Assembly (NCBI GenBank): GCA_963669175.1
Contig: OY769902.1
Span: forward strand, 4,928,001-4,992,000
Reading direction: 5' to 3'
From: a bacterium
GTDB taxonomy: Bacteria > Electryoneota > Electryoneia > Electryoneales > Electryoneaceae
DNA length: 64,000 nucleotides
Below are positions 28,367-38,288 of this stretch, one piece after another. Under the pieces are notes generated by a model that was given only the letters and a program-made list of their open reading frames with translations, made no database searches and was not told the DNA's origin. The stretch's first letter is position 1, and each line of letters starts with the position of its first letter. The translations under genes were made by a program, and so were the position numbers.

Positions 28367-29878
28367 CTACTCTCCTTTCCCCTGGCTTTCCAACAATTCC
28401 ACCACCGGCGGTTGCTTGCAGATATAGTCCAACAACTCTTGCGCGAAATCATCATGTAAGTGAATCTGATCCGGGACAACCTGCTGATGGTTCAGGTATT
28501 GCAGAATCAGCGCATCATGCTCACGCAGTGCATTGGGCAGTACCCCGGCAAAGAAGAACCCCCACGACTCACAAACCTCACAAACACGTGGTGTCATGGG
28601 ATTCGCCATGTCCAGATACAGGTAGATAACGTCCTGTTTTTCCAGCAAACAGTGCTTCCAGCGGCTTCGTAAGTTACTTTCCCAATTCTCCCCGATCTCT
28701 TCCACAAAGATCTCGTTATAATTCATCTCTTTCTGGAATGAGCTTCGCATAACCGTGTCTGCCCCGGCATCCGGTATAACATCAGTGTTCGACACAATCT
28801 GGCCGGAGAAACCAAATTGTCCCATGATTCGTTGCACCATTTCCTGATGCTGCTCAGGCACATACAGGGTTTCACGTTCTGAAGGAATGAGCAGGATATG
28901 CATAACAAGGTTTGCAAGACGCAGATCTGTATTTTCACCTATTCCTATGAACTTATCGTTGGTTCTAAGTTTCGCCAGCAACAGGGCACAATTTTTCAAG
29001 CCGAAGAAAGAACCTGCTTTTTGTGAAAAGACATGATTAGTTACGGCATGAACAAATAAACCCATCAAGTTGTTCTCTTTTGCAACGTCAAATACCAGCG
29101 CGTGCATACGTTTAAACACCCCACCGCCACGATACTCGGGATTCACAAACCCGACCCCCATCTCAGCGACGCTGGCGCCAACTACGGGAACCTTGATTCC
29201 CAGATGTCCAAGTAACTCGTCATTCGGCAGAACAGCAACAACAGAATGAAGCAGGCCAGCACGATTCATCTGGATAATGCGCTCCGGATAGTAGATGAAC
29301 ATTTCATATCCGTACCCGTAGGCACGATAAGCGCAACGCGCGATTTCATAGGCGTCCTGTTCCTCAATAATCCGAACCGCATATTCTTCCGGAACAGGCT
29401 TTGGTTCTGACGCGGGTGTCTTCTGCTCCTCCTCTTCAGGTTCATCGGCACGATACATATCACCATGTTTCACCAGGATTGTCAGGTTTCCTTCTTTTCC
29501 CAGGTGAAAATAGGAAAGATCATCCAATGAGCGTTGCGCCAGGTACGAGCCCAGGCCATCCAGTCTGCCCTCCATGGCCTGTTCCGGGGAGTAATCCGGA
29601 ATTCTTTCCGGATCAAAGGGTATCCCCTTGTCCCGAATCATAATCTCAACGCCAGAGAGCAACCTTTCGCAGGAAATTTCAATTCGTTCCTTCGGATCCT
29701 CACTCAACCCATGGACAATGGTATTTACCAGGATTTCTTCAAACGCCAGTTGCAGGTCATTTAACTCGGCATCATCCAGGCCAACATCATCGCCAACACT
29801 GCGAATAAAATCAGCAGCCGGATTCAAGAATCGAAGAGATGCCGGGATTTCTATTCTGGCTAACATGGATTCAGGCAT
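28367..29878 (-). CDS. RsbW-like HATPase (anti-sigma/Ser kinase) domain fused to a GNAT-like domain
   Basis: LQLAFEEILVNTIVHG, IRDKGIPFDP and GLGSYL (HATPase_c_2); FVNPEYRGGGVFKRM acetyl-CoA-binding motif A. Confidence 0.8.
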   Translation of the reverse strand: MPESMLARIEIPASLRFLNPAADFIRSVGDDVGLDDAELNDLQLAFEEILVNTIVHGLSEDPKERIEISCERLLSGVEIMIRDKGIPFDPERIPDYSPEQAMEGRLDGLGSYLAQRSLDDLSYFHLGKEGNLTILVKHGDMYRADEPEEEEQKTPASEPKPVPEEYAVRIIEEQDAYEIARCAYRAYGYGYEMFIYYPERIIQMNRAGLLHSVVAVLPNDELLGHLGIKVPVVGASVAEMGVGFVNPEYRGGGVFKRMHALVFDVAKENNLMGLFVHAVTNHVFSQKAGSFFGLKNCALLLAKLRTNDKFIGIGENTDLRLANLVMHILLIPSERETLYVPEQHQEMVQRIMGQFGFSGQIVSNTDVIPDAGADTVMRSSFQKEMNYNEIFVEEIGENWESNLRSRWKHCLLEKQDVIYLYLDMANPMTPRVCEVCESWGFFFAGVLPNALREHDALILQYLNHQQVVPDQIHLHDDFAQELLDYICKQPPVVELLESQGKGE

Positions 29879-30139
29879 GGTTCCTCACCAGATTGGAGTT
29901 CGTTTGGTACGAGTGAAAATGAGAACGATGTTGTTTGCAGAGTGCTTGAATCGTTCTATCAGGTAGACGCCGCTTCTCTTTCTGTGCTGAGTGAGCAATG
30001 TAGTATCATCGGACATTCAATGCGAGTACGATTAATTGACACATTCTGATCTCGTGCCAGCTTTAGAACACCGTGCATTCTTCGTATATTGATTTTCCGG
30101 AGCCGATAACTGCCCTGCAACCAGGGTAAGGAGTGACGT

Positions 30140-31252
30140 ATGCGTGTGCCGGTTCTCTTGTTTTCTTTCCTTTTTGCTTCCATTGCCTGCGGACAGAACC
30201 TTTTACATCAACCGGAGAGTATTGTTTACGATCCGGATGGTCAGCGGCATATCGTGTCAAATTATGAGACCGGCGACCTGGTACAAATCGATTCCGATGG
30301 CAACCAGAGTTACTTCTCCCAGTTGCTGACCGGACAAGCCATCGTTGGAATCAATCTTCAGGAAGGATTTCTGTACGTTGCCTGCAATGGTGGTGATTCT
30401 GCCGGGGTGGTTGTCTTCGATGTTGCTTCCGACAGCTATTCACGTCGCCTCATCGCCCCCGGACAAAACCTATTGAACGACATCGCATTTGATACCAGCG
30501 GCTATATTTACGTGACTGACTATTGGGACAGTAAGATTTATTACGGTCGTGTTGAAACCGACACCTTGCAGATCCTTTTCGACGAGAACCTGGATAATCC
30601 CAACGGCATCTGTTTCGACGCTGCGAATAATCGTTTACTTACCGTCGCGGTGGCGGGTGATGGTGGGCCGATTCTTGCCATCAATCCTGTGGATTCTTCA
30701 TTCTCGGTTGGCGGCTACACCGGGTTGAACGGTATGGATGGAATCGCGATTGACGATAGCGGGTATGTGTATGTTTCCAACTGGACCACGGATTCCATTT
30801 TCCGAATACCACCCAACCTTGGCGGAATACCTGTGGCCTGGTCCGATGGCCATACTGATCCGGCAGACATTTATATCGATTCCTGGAACAACTTGATGTG
30901 TGTGCCCAATTTCAGTGACAACAGTGTCGATTTTGTGCCGATGAATGAGGTTGCTGTGCAATCAACAAACGATCATCTGCTGCCGGTCTTGGCCATCCTG
31001 TATCCCTGCTATCCCAACCCGTTCAATTCAACCACGACCCTGTCTTTCGAGCTTGCCAACCCCATGAGCATTGAGCTGGCGATATTTGATACAAGCGGCA
31101 GACTCGTTCAAACACTGGCACAAAACCAGTCCTACACAGCCGGAAGACATGAGCTGAACTGGGACGCCTCCCAGGTAGCCAGTGGTTTGTATATCGCAAG
31201 GTTACAAACACCTTCCTGGAAACAGACTGTGAAGTTGCAGTTGGTGAAATAG
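30140..31252 (+). CDS. SMP-30/gluconolactonase-like beta-propeller with C-terminal sorting domain
   Basis: PESIVYD, LNDIAFD, PNGICFD and DGIAID blades; CYPNPFNSTT...ASGLYIARL CTD. Confidence 0.88.
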   Translation: MRVPVLLFSFLFASIACGQNLLHQPESIVYDPDGQRHIVSNYETGDLVQIDSDGNQSYFSQLLTGQAIVGINLQEGFLYVACNGGDSAGVVVFDVASDSYSRRLIAPGQNLLNDIAFDTSGYIYVTDYWDSKIYYGRVETDTLQILFDENLDNPNGICFDAANNRLLTVAVAGDGGPILAINPVDSSFSVGGYTGLNGMDGIAIDDSGYVYVSNWTTDSIFRIPPNLGGIPVAWSDGHTDPADIYIDSWNNLMCVPNFSDNSVDFVPMNEVAVQSTNDHLLPVLAILYPCYPNPFNSTTTLSFELANPMSIELAIFDTSGRLVQTLAQNQSYTAGRHELNWDASQVASGLYIARLQTPSWKQTVKLQLVK

Positions 31253-31278
31253 CAACTTGCAAGTGGATCACCAGTACG

Positions 31279-31316
31279 AAAACAGGGACTGGCCCAAAGG
31301 ATCAGTCCCTGTTTTT
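31279..31316. terminator. Bidirectional intrinsic terminator
   Basis: AAAACAGGGACTG...CAGTCCCTGTTTT between convergent genes. Confidence 0.8.
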
Positions 31317-31339
31317 CGCAGAATAGAACTTTCTGATAT

Positions 31340-32371
31340 CTATTCCCACTCTCGTGGGCTGAATTTGCTGGTTTCCGATAGTTTCTCCAGCAATTCGGTT
31401 TCTTTCTTCGACAATTTCTTAGGCACCTCGATTTTCAATTCGACAATAAGATCCCCACGGCTGCCATCTTTCTTCGGCAAGCCCAGGCCGCCCATCTTCA
31501 GACGGCACCCGTTTGGGGAACCCGGCTTTACAGTCAAACGTACGTGCCCGTCAAGCGTGGGAATCTTGATCTTCGCACCCAGCGCCGCTTCCCAGGGCGA
31601 TACCGGGGCTGTCATGGTCAGGTCAAAACCATCCGGTTCGAAGTACTTGTGCTTCGCAAACCGCACCTTGAGGAACAGGTCGCCTTTTCTGCCGCCCGGT
31701 CCCATGACCAGCCCTTTGCCCGGCATACGTATTTTCGAACCATTCTTGATCCCCTTGGGAATCTTCAGGTCAATGGTCTGCGTAGAGGTGCTGCCATCCG
31801 GATTCTGCCCCTGCAATGTGATCTGACGACTGACTGCATACATCACTTCTTCCAGCGTCAGCTCAATCTCGGCTTCGCTATCCGACGCTTTCTGCGTTTG
31901 ACGCGCCTGACGTCCACGCCCGCCACCCATGCCCGGGCCACCGAAATCGAAGTGGACATTGCGTCCCCCACGACCGCCGTTACCTGTAGCATTGAAACCG
32001 CCCATACCGCCAAACAGCATATCGAAGAAATCGGAAAAACCACCGAAATCTCCGCCAGCAGTCCCCCGCTGTCGGCCACCGAACCCAAAACCGCCACCCA
32101 TATTCCCGAAATCAAAACCGGGCGGGGGCGTAAAATCCTGTCCCTGGCGCCAGTTTGCACCAAGGGCATCATATTTCTTCCGTTTCTGGGGATCTTTCAA
32201 TACATCATGCGCTTCCTGGATATCCTTGAACTTATCCTCTGCGCCAGCTTCCTTGTTCACATCAGGATGGTATTTGCGTGCCAATGAACGGTACGCCTTC
32301 TGAATCTCATCCTGAGACGCGCTGCGTTTTACCCCAAGTATGTTATAGTAATCCTTGTATTGCACACCCAT
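31340..32371 (-). CDS. cbpA: DnaJ-class co-chaperone lacking the zinc finger (CbpA-like)
   Basis: YKDYY..LGV, HPD motif, G/F-rich region, FSDFF, DnaJ_C PWEAALG; no CxxCxGxG repeats. Confidence 0.85.
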   Translation of the reverse strand: MGVQYKDYYNILGVKRSASQDEIQKAYRSLARKYHPDVNKEAGAEDKFKDIQEAHDVLKDPQKRKKYDALGANWRQGQDFTPPPGFDFGNMGGGFGFGGRQRGTAGGDFGGFSDFFDMLFGGMGGFNATGNGGRGGRNVHFDFGGPGMGGGRGRQARQTQKASDSEAEIELTLEEVMYAVSRQITLQGQNPDGSTSTQTIDLKIPKGIKNGSKIRMPGKGLVMGPGGRKGDLFLKVRFAKHKYFEPDGFDLTMTAPVSPWEAALGAKIKIPTLDGHVRLTVKPGSPNGCRLKMGGLGLPKKDGSRGDLIVELKIEVPKKLSKKETELLEKLSETSKFSPREWE

Positions 32372-32576
32372 CGTTACCCTCTCGCTCAAACTTTCAAACG
32401 CTCAATCACTGACCTTTATGTACAACCAATATAATCGTCTGGTCAAGTGAATTATCCTGCCGTTTGCTATACGTGTTTTCCCTGCAAACAGTTCCCGCTA
32501 CTCTTTTTAGATGATTGTACAGCGAAGACGCTCCAGGCCGTGCTCTCGAGGAATACCACTGACTTACTCTCCTGTC

Positions 32577-32628
32577 TTGACAAACAAATTATTTTGCTAT
32601 ATCATATACCTAGCGACACAAAGTATAT
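32577..32628 (+). promoter_or_regulatory. Sigma70-type promoter with adjacent inverted repeat (candidate PadR operator)
   Basis: TTGACA-17 bp-TATCAT, followed by ATATAC-N13-GTATAT, upstream of the padR-like gene. Confidence 0.6.
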
Positions 32629-32879
32629 CACACCAGAAAATACTATATTGGAAAAGAATGAAGGATGATGCTTGATTTTGGGGCAATGCTGAGGCATCGA
32701 GATTCTCGCTTCCCTGACTGTATCAGAATGGAAAAACACTCTCATCCCAGCGAAGGCTGGGATGACAACATCAGTGATTCTGCAACAGCCTGAACCACAG
32801 TGAAAGACAAAGTGAAACATGTAGACGCACAATACGAGAATCGATAGATGGAGTAATAGCAGTGTAGGAAGGAGGTGCC

Positions 32880-33233
32880 ATGGATGCGATAAGACGAGAA
32901 TTAAAGCGTGGCACCATCGAGTTGATTCTCTTGAAGATGCTCGATGGTGAGGAGATGTACGGCTACCAGATTGTATCCACGCTTGAAAAAGAAGGCGGCG
33001 ACTTCTTCAAGGTTAAGGAGGGCACATTGTACCCCGTTCTTTACCGCCTTGAAGATGACGGGTTCATTGAATCGTACCGGGATAATCCAAAGCGTGGAGT
33101 CCCACGTAAGTATTATCGATTAACCGAGAAAGGCCAATCGCATATGGCGGACCTGGTCAATGAATGGAGTGCTTTTGCCAGTGTAGTAAATCGTTTCATC
33201 AGTGGAAAGGAGCAGAAAGATGCGCACTCTTGA
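32880..33233 (+). CDS. PadR-family transcriptional regulator
   Basis: ELKRGTIELILL, MYGYQI, EGTLYPVLYRLE and RKYYRLTEKG motifs; RBS GGAGG. Confidence 0.95.
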   Translation: MDAIRRELKRGTIELILLKMLDGEEMYGYQIVSTLEKEGGDFFKVKEGTLYPVLYRLEDDGFIESYRDNPKRGVPRKYYRLTEKGQSHMADLVNEWSAFASVVNRFISGKEQKDAHS

Positions 33234-34005
33234 TGATTATTTACATGAAGTACGGATGCATCTGGTTGCATCGACTACCGATAAGGAACGATTTCTTGAG
33301 GATTTGCGTGAGCACGCCCTTCAGATGCTTGAAGATGGCCATTCAGAATCCCAGGTCATGGAGAAGCTCGGCCCTCCCGGGGAGATCGCACGTGAATTCA
33401 TGCAGGACCGGAAGGTTCGATACGCTGGGTTCCTGGAACGATTTGTCGCATTTTTCCTTGATATGGGACTCACTTCTGGTGCTGTCACGCTGATCGTATT
33501 TATCATTGGCGGCTTGCCGATTGTTCTGACTGAACCGGCATTGTTCAAGGAAATCCTGACCTTCGGGGCTTCAGAATCTTCTGTTATCCATGTGAATCTG
33601 TTTGAAGCGGCTTTCCTGGGATTATTCATTCTTTCCGGAACTGCGGTCAGTCTTCTCTATTTCCCTGTTTCGGAACATCTCTGGGGCTGGACCTTGGGCA
33701 AACGTGTTCTTGGGTTGAAAGTGATCCAGGATGATGGTGCGCCGTTATCATTGGGTAACGCTTTCATTCGACGTATTCCCTATTACTTCGACTTGCTCGC
33801 CCTGGATGCGGTATTCATCTTCTTTCTGGACAAGAAGCAGCGTGCTTTTGACAGGGTAGCCAAAACGGTCGTGGTTCGTGATGGGGAAACACATGTACTG
33901 GGGATCATCCTGATGATGGTGTGCTTTATCATCTGCACAGCAATTGGTCTTGTCTTGTTCCTGATGCTGGCGGCAATGCCGGAACCTGCAATCACATTCT
34001 TTTAG
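33220..34005 (+). CDS. RDD-family membrane protein with N-terminal HAAS-like helical domain
   Basis: YLHEVRMHL...LGPPGEIAREF; YAGFLERFVAFFLD, TLGKRVLGLKV, QRAFDRVAKTVVV. Confidence 0.85.
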   Translation: MRTLDDYLHEVRMHLVASTTDKERFLEDLREHALQMLEDGHSESQVMEKLGPPGEIAREFMQDRKVRYAGFLERFVAFFLDMGLTSGAVTLIVFIIGGLPIVLTEPALFKEILTFGASESSVIHVNLFEAAFLGLFILSGTAVSLLYFPVSEHLWGWTLGKRVLGLKVIQDDGAPLSLGNAFIRRIPYYFDLLALDAVFIFFLDKKQRAFDRVAKTVVVRDGETHVLGIILMMVCFIICTAIGLVLFLMLAAMPEPAITFF

Positions 34006-34057
34006 ACAGACATTGAAGAAGATCTATCCATTGCGGCCGGGTGATGATCCGGCCTTT

Positions 34058-34927
34058 TTATATGAATATAATGATGTATTTGAGCCCGATGAAAATCATA
34101 AAGGCAGCCAGTACAAACGCGATCCAGCGCGAAGGTACCCGTTTCTGCAGACCTGCGCCAACGAATGCACCCAACAAACCACCGACACCCATTACAATTC
34201 CCAGCGAGAAATCAGGCATTGTAGAGTAACTGGCGTTCATTCCGGCGAGTTGTATCATTGCCATTCCTGAAACGCCAACAACGGACGAAAAAAAAGTGGC
34301 GAAAAGAGTCGCTCCGGCAGTAGTATATACAGGAAGTCCACAGATCCCTACAAGGAATGCCGATGTAAATACACCTCCCCCAACGCCATAGGCTCCACCA
34401 ATAACCCCGATAAACGCGGAGAAGAGGAACACGATAGGAACCGATACCCGGTAGAACTCCTGTTTAAATTCATACTCTATGGTCAACAATGAAAACCGCC
34501 TGCAGGTTACCTTTCCAGAGTCTTGATCATCACGTAACATTCCTCCGGACTTCTTTGGTTTTCGCAACATCATCAAGGCCAGAACCAGCAGAACAATCCC
34601 GGCGAACAGCTTAAACGTATCCGCTTCAGCAAGGATTGTGATGCGCAGATACAGGCCGATAAGAATTCCTGGGATAGTCCCGGCTGCAAGCACGATGACC
34701 AATGGACCGGTGAGTCGTTTTTCTCTAAGATATCTAACCACACCGCCAGGTGCGGCGATAACATTGTAAAGATGGTTCGTTGCAGTAATATTTGGCGTAA
34801 CAATACCAAGGATAGACACCTGGAAAGGCACGAGCATAAATGCACCAGTCACCCCACCGGTCGAGGCGATCAGTGCAATAAAGAAAGCAGCGAGAAAAGC
34901 CAGACCATGCATTTCCAAAGGAGACAT
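34058..34927 (-). CDS. TauE/SafE (TSUP) sulfite exporter family protein
   Basis: GGVTGAFMLVP and GAYGVGGGVF repeats; multiple TM helices. Confidence 0.88.
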   Translation of the reverse strand: MSPLEMHGLAFLAAFFIALIASTGGVTGAFMLVPFQVSILGIVTPNITATNHLYNVIAAPGGVVRYLREKRLTGPLVIVLAAGTIPGILIGLYLRITILAEADTFKLFAGIVLLVLALMMLRKPKKSGGMLRDDQDSGKVTCRRFSLLTIEYEFKQEFYRVSVPIVFLFSAFIGVIGGAYGVGGGVFTSAFLVGICGLPVYTTAGATLFATFFSSVVGVSGMAMIQLAGMNASYSTMPDFSLGIVMGVGGLLGAFVGAGLQKRVPSRWIAFVLAAFMIFIGLKYIIIFI

Positions 34928-35072
34928 GCGCCATCCTGGTTTACTTTTTGATGGACAGGTAGAAGATACGAAATTCTTACGAGAACTTGCAGTATAGAGA
35001 GTTTAGCAGATACCCCGTTTTCCGTGATTTATTTATATTACTGCTGATTTAACGGTAAACACTGGACTGTAC

Positions 35073-35741
35073 ATGCATTGCCCTGTTTGTAAACACGAGA
35101 ACCAAAAAGATGCAATCTTCTGCGTGGCTTGCGGGCAACGATTGCAGGCATATGAGGATAACAGGAATGCTGATCAGGAACCGGCGAAAAGTCTTGAGTT
35201 GAATCAGGATTTTTCCTTCCCATCTTTCCGTAAGTACCACGCACCATTAAACTTCGCTCTATTTTTCTGGCCTGTCCTGATTGGAGTGGTTCTAACTGCG
35301 GTTGGTGTATACCTTGCCGAAATTGACAATGAAGCTTATCTGCAGAATCCAACGCCAGTTCTTTTTATACTGATCCTTGGTATGATAAGCCTGATCTGGG
35401 GGCAAGTTTACTGGTACATCATTATCTATCGAACCTGGACGGTTATTCCACCTGACATTGCCAGGGTAACGCCCGGGAAAGCAGTTGGTTTTCTCCTTAT
35501 TCCGTTCTTTAACCTGTTCTGGATTTTTGTCGCAGTATGGATTGTAACACAGGACATCCAGAAAACAAATCTTCGTGGACCATTCCCCAACCAGGATCTG
35601 GCGCTTTTCGCCTGTATCTTTTCAGTAGTCCCCTATGTCCAGATCATCTCCATTGTGCCTTTAGCCGTTGTTGCCTACCAGTTTTGCCGGTTTTATAACG
35701 CCAATATCAGCCATATTGATAGAATCGATGATGCGATCTGA
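35073..35741 (+). CDS. Zinc-ribbon membrane protein (DUF4328-like)
   Basis: CPVC...FCVACG; TPGKAVGFLLIPFFNLFW; several TM segments. Confidence 0.75.
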   Translation: MHCPVCKHENQKDAIFCVACGQRLQAYEDNRNADQEPAKSLELNQDFSFPSFRKYHAPLNFALFFWPVLIGVVLTAVGVYLAEIDNEAYLQNPTPVLFILILGMISLIWGQVYWYIIIYRTWTVIPPDIARVTPGKAVGFLLIPFFNLFWIFVAVWIVTQDIQKTNLRGPFPNQDLALFACIFSVVPYVQIISIVPLAVVAYQFCRFYNANISHIDRIDDAI

Positions 35742-35870
35742 GATGATCAGGACTGAGATATGAAAGAATATCTTGTCCTGTTTTCCCCAGCTAATCGAAG
35801 CTTGCTTTGTGCTCATTTTCAGTAAACTCACAATCTTCCGCGTTATTTACCCTATTCCAGGAAATAGAAA

Positions 35871-35891
35871 ACGGGGTCTGAAAGACCCCGT
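35871..35891 (-). terminator. Intrinsic terminator after wzc
   Basis: ACGGGGTCT-GAA-AGACCCCGT hairpin with T tract on the minus strand. Confidence 0.7.
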
Positions 35892-35921
35892 AACACTTCT
35901 ATGCACTCGAAGAAAACCTGT

Positions 35922-38267
35922 TTAATCTTCAGACTTTGACCGGCGTTTCTTTCGATGGTCAATCTTTGCAGCGTCAGTCTTCTTGCTGTATTCACCGTAG
36001 TAGTACGAATAGTACCGGTACGTTGAATAATATGTGTACGGGCGATAGTAGCGATAGAAGTAATAGTACGCCGTGCCATACCGGTAAGAGATATGGTTCA
36101 TCACAACGCCCATGATTTCGATTCCGATCTTGCGAATCGTGTTGATGGCGTATTCCAAGGTCTTCAGATTGGTATACTCCATCTTGATCAGGATGATGAT
36201 ACCATCCGAATTTTCGCCCAGTGAAATCGGGTCCGTACAGACCAGCAAAGGCGGACTGTCGATAAAGACAATATCATACTCGCTACGCATGAAGTTGACA
36301 AAATCTGTCATCACACGCGACGACACCAGTTCTGCCGGGTTAGGCGGTGAAGAACCGCCGGTAATGATTGTCAGGTTGTTGAAACCGGTATCACGTTTGA
36401 TACTCTCCAGCTCAACGCCTTCCAGCAAATGCTCGGTCAAACCGGGTTTACGAGAAATTTCAAAATAACGATTCAGGGTTGAACGCCGGAGGTCAGAGTC
36501 CACAACGATGGTGTTTACACCACTCTTGGCGAATACGAGACCCATGTTTGCTGTAGTAAGACTCTTCCCTTCACCAACACCGGGACTGGTAACGACGAAA
36601 ACATTCTTCCCCTGGTCAGTAGCAGCAAACTGAAGACTGATTTTCAGGGAACGATAAGCCTCGGCGATATAGGACTTCTGAGACTCATAGATCAGCATAT
36701 CTCGTCCACGAGTCTCCTCTGTCTTTCCGACACCACCAGTCTTCCCGCCTTTGTTACTAAAGAAGGGGAATACGGGGATCGCCCCCAGCGTGTTCACGCC
36801 AAGCTTTCTGATATCGTTTTCATCTTTTACCGTATTGTCAAAGAAATCAATGATACCAGACAAAATGATGCCCAAGACAATCGAAAAGGCAAAGCCGATC
36901 ATAATGAAAGCAATCTTCTTTTCCTTGATTGGTTGCTTGGGATATTCGGGTGAATCGATAATCTTCACACCGCCCTGTTCACCGGCAATGGTAATCCTTA
37001 TTTCTTCACGTTTTTCGACCAGGATATCTGCCGTCCGTTGTACAACTTCCTTTGTGCGTTTCAGTCGTGAATACTCAAGGATTTTTTTCGGAAGCTCTGG
37101 GTGATCTTCCCAGAAACGATCGATTTGAATCTGGTAATAGTCTACCTGGTTCTGAAGCTCCATCGCTGCTAAATATGCGCTTTGCAGCTCCTTGTTCAAG
37201 GAGGTCAGCGACACCATGAAATTCATGTCACTGGATGAGAATTTTTCACTGGAAGAAGGACCAGTAGTAGTCTGAATTATCTGGTTCAACAAGTCTTGAC
37301 GTTGTTCTTCCAATACCTGAATTCGGGTTTTATCAGCATCTGAATCTTTGAGCTTTGCAAGTTCAGCTTTAATAGAATCCAGCGATGTCTGAATGGAAAG
37401 CATCTGCCCCTGGATTTGGTCAGTCTGCACACTCCGACTAAGGTCGTTCATCACCTGTTCGATTTGTGAATTGTAGGTTTTGATATCAATCTGAACCATT
37501 TCCAAGCGCGCGAGCACTTCATAATGCTCGTTTTCAAGTTTATGGAGTTCTGACGTGAGATTGCTGTTTTCGCTTGCGAGGGTAAATTTGTTATTGGCCA
37601 GGAAAGACTGCAGTTCCTGCTCTGCCTGTTCCAGTTTACGGTTAATCTGCTCAATCTGCGTTTCAATGAAATTCAGAATTTTATTGCCATCCTCACGTTC
37701 CAGATCAATACAGCGAGAATGATATTCCTCTGTTGCAATTACAGTTGCCCGGTAGGTTAAATTGGGATCAGGGTAGTGAACCTGAATCATTATAAATTCA
37801 CGCTCGCGAGGATTCCCGGTTAACTGAATCGCCCCCACAACAGCTCCAATAGTGTCGGGATCCAGATTAGGAAACTCTCTGGTCAGACGTGTTCGAACAT
37901 TCCGCTTAAATTCGAAGCTATTTCCAATCGTTTCGTAGTATTGACGGCTCTTGATCGTCGGCGAATAGTACATTCCAGAAATTATTGTTCCCGGATTCTG
38001 ATACATGCCAAAGTCAACGGTCGAAATCATCAACTTGGCGGATGACTGATACAGAGGCACTCTCGAGAATAATACAAACGTCAGCGGAATAAGAACCAGC
38101 AGGATTACCATCATGATAATCCACGGTCGTTTGATTACCGCGAAAAAGAGAGAAAGCATGAATAATGGAAGAGTCGTCTCTATCTGACTTCCTGATCCAT
38201 CAGAGGAGTTATTAACGAAATCCTCTGGTTCAAACGACTGCATTGTCTGTAAATGGTTGAGGTTCAT
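35922..38267 (-). CDS. wzc: Polysaccharide co-polymerase / BY-kinase (Wzc-like)
   Basis: Two TM segments around a coiled-coil periplasmic region; AEAYRSL, TSPGVGEGKS, DSDLRR, IDSPP; C-terminal Tyr cluster. Confidence 0.92.
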   Translation of the reverse strand: MNLNHLQTMQSFEPEDFVNNSSDGSGSQIETTLPLFMLSLFFAVIKRPWIIMMVILLVLIPLTFVLFSRVPLYQSSAKLMISTVDFGMYQNPGTIISGMYYSPTIKSRQYYETIGNSFEFKRNVRTRLTREFPNLDPDTIGAVVGAIQLTGNPREREFIMIQVHYPDPNLTYRATVIATEEYHSRCIDLEREDGNKILNFIETQIEQINRKLEQAEQELQSFLANNKFTLASENSNLTSELHKLENEHYEVLARLEMVQIDIKTYNSQIEQVMNDLSRSVQTDQIQGQMLSIQTSLDSIKAELAKLKDSDADKTRIQVLEEQRQDLLNQIIQTTTGPSSSEKFSSSDMNFMVSLTSLNKELQSAYLAAMELQNQVDYYQIQIDRFWEDHPELPKKILEYSRLKRTKEVVQRTADILVEKREEIRITIAGEQGGVKIIDSPEYPKQPIKEKKIAFIMIGFAFSIVLGIILSGIIDFFDNTVKDENDIRKLGVNTLGAIPVFPFFSNKGGKTGGVGKTEETRGRDMLIYESQKSYIAEAYRSLKISLQFAATDQGKNVFVVTSPGVGEGKSLTTANMGLVFAKSGVNTIVVDSDLRRSTLNRYFEISRKPGLTEHLLEGVELESIKRDTGFNNLTIITGGSSPPNPAELVSSRVMTDFVNFMRSEYDIVFIDSPPLLVCTDPISLGENSDGIIILIKMEYTNLKTLEYAINTIRKIGIEIMGVVMNHISYRYGTAYYYFYRYYRPYTYYSTYRYYSYYYGEYSKKTDAAKIDHRKKRRSKSED

Positions 38268-38288
38268 GAACCTGCCTTTTTAAAGCTT

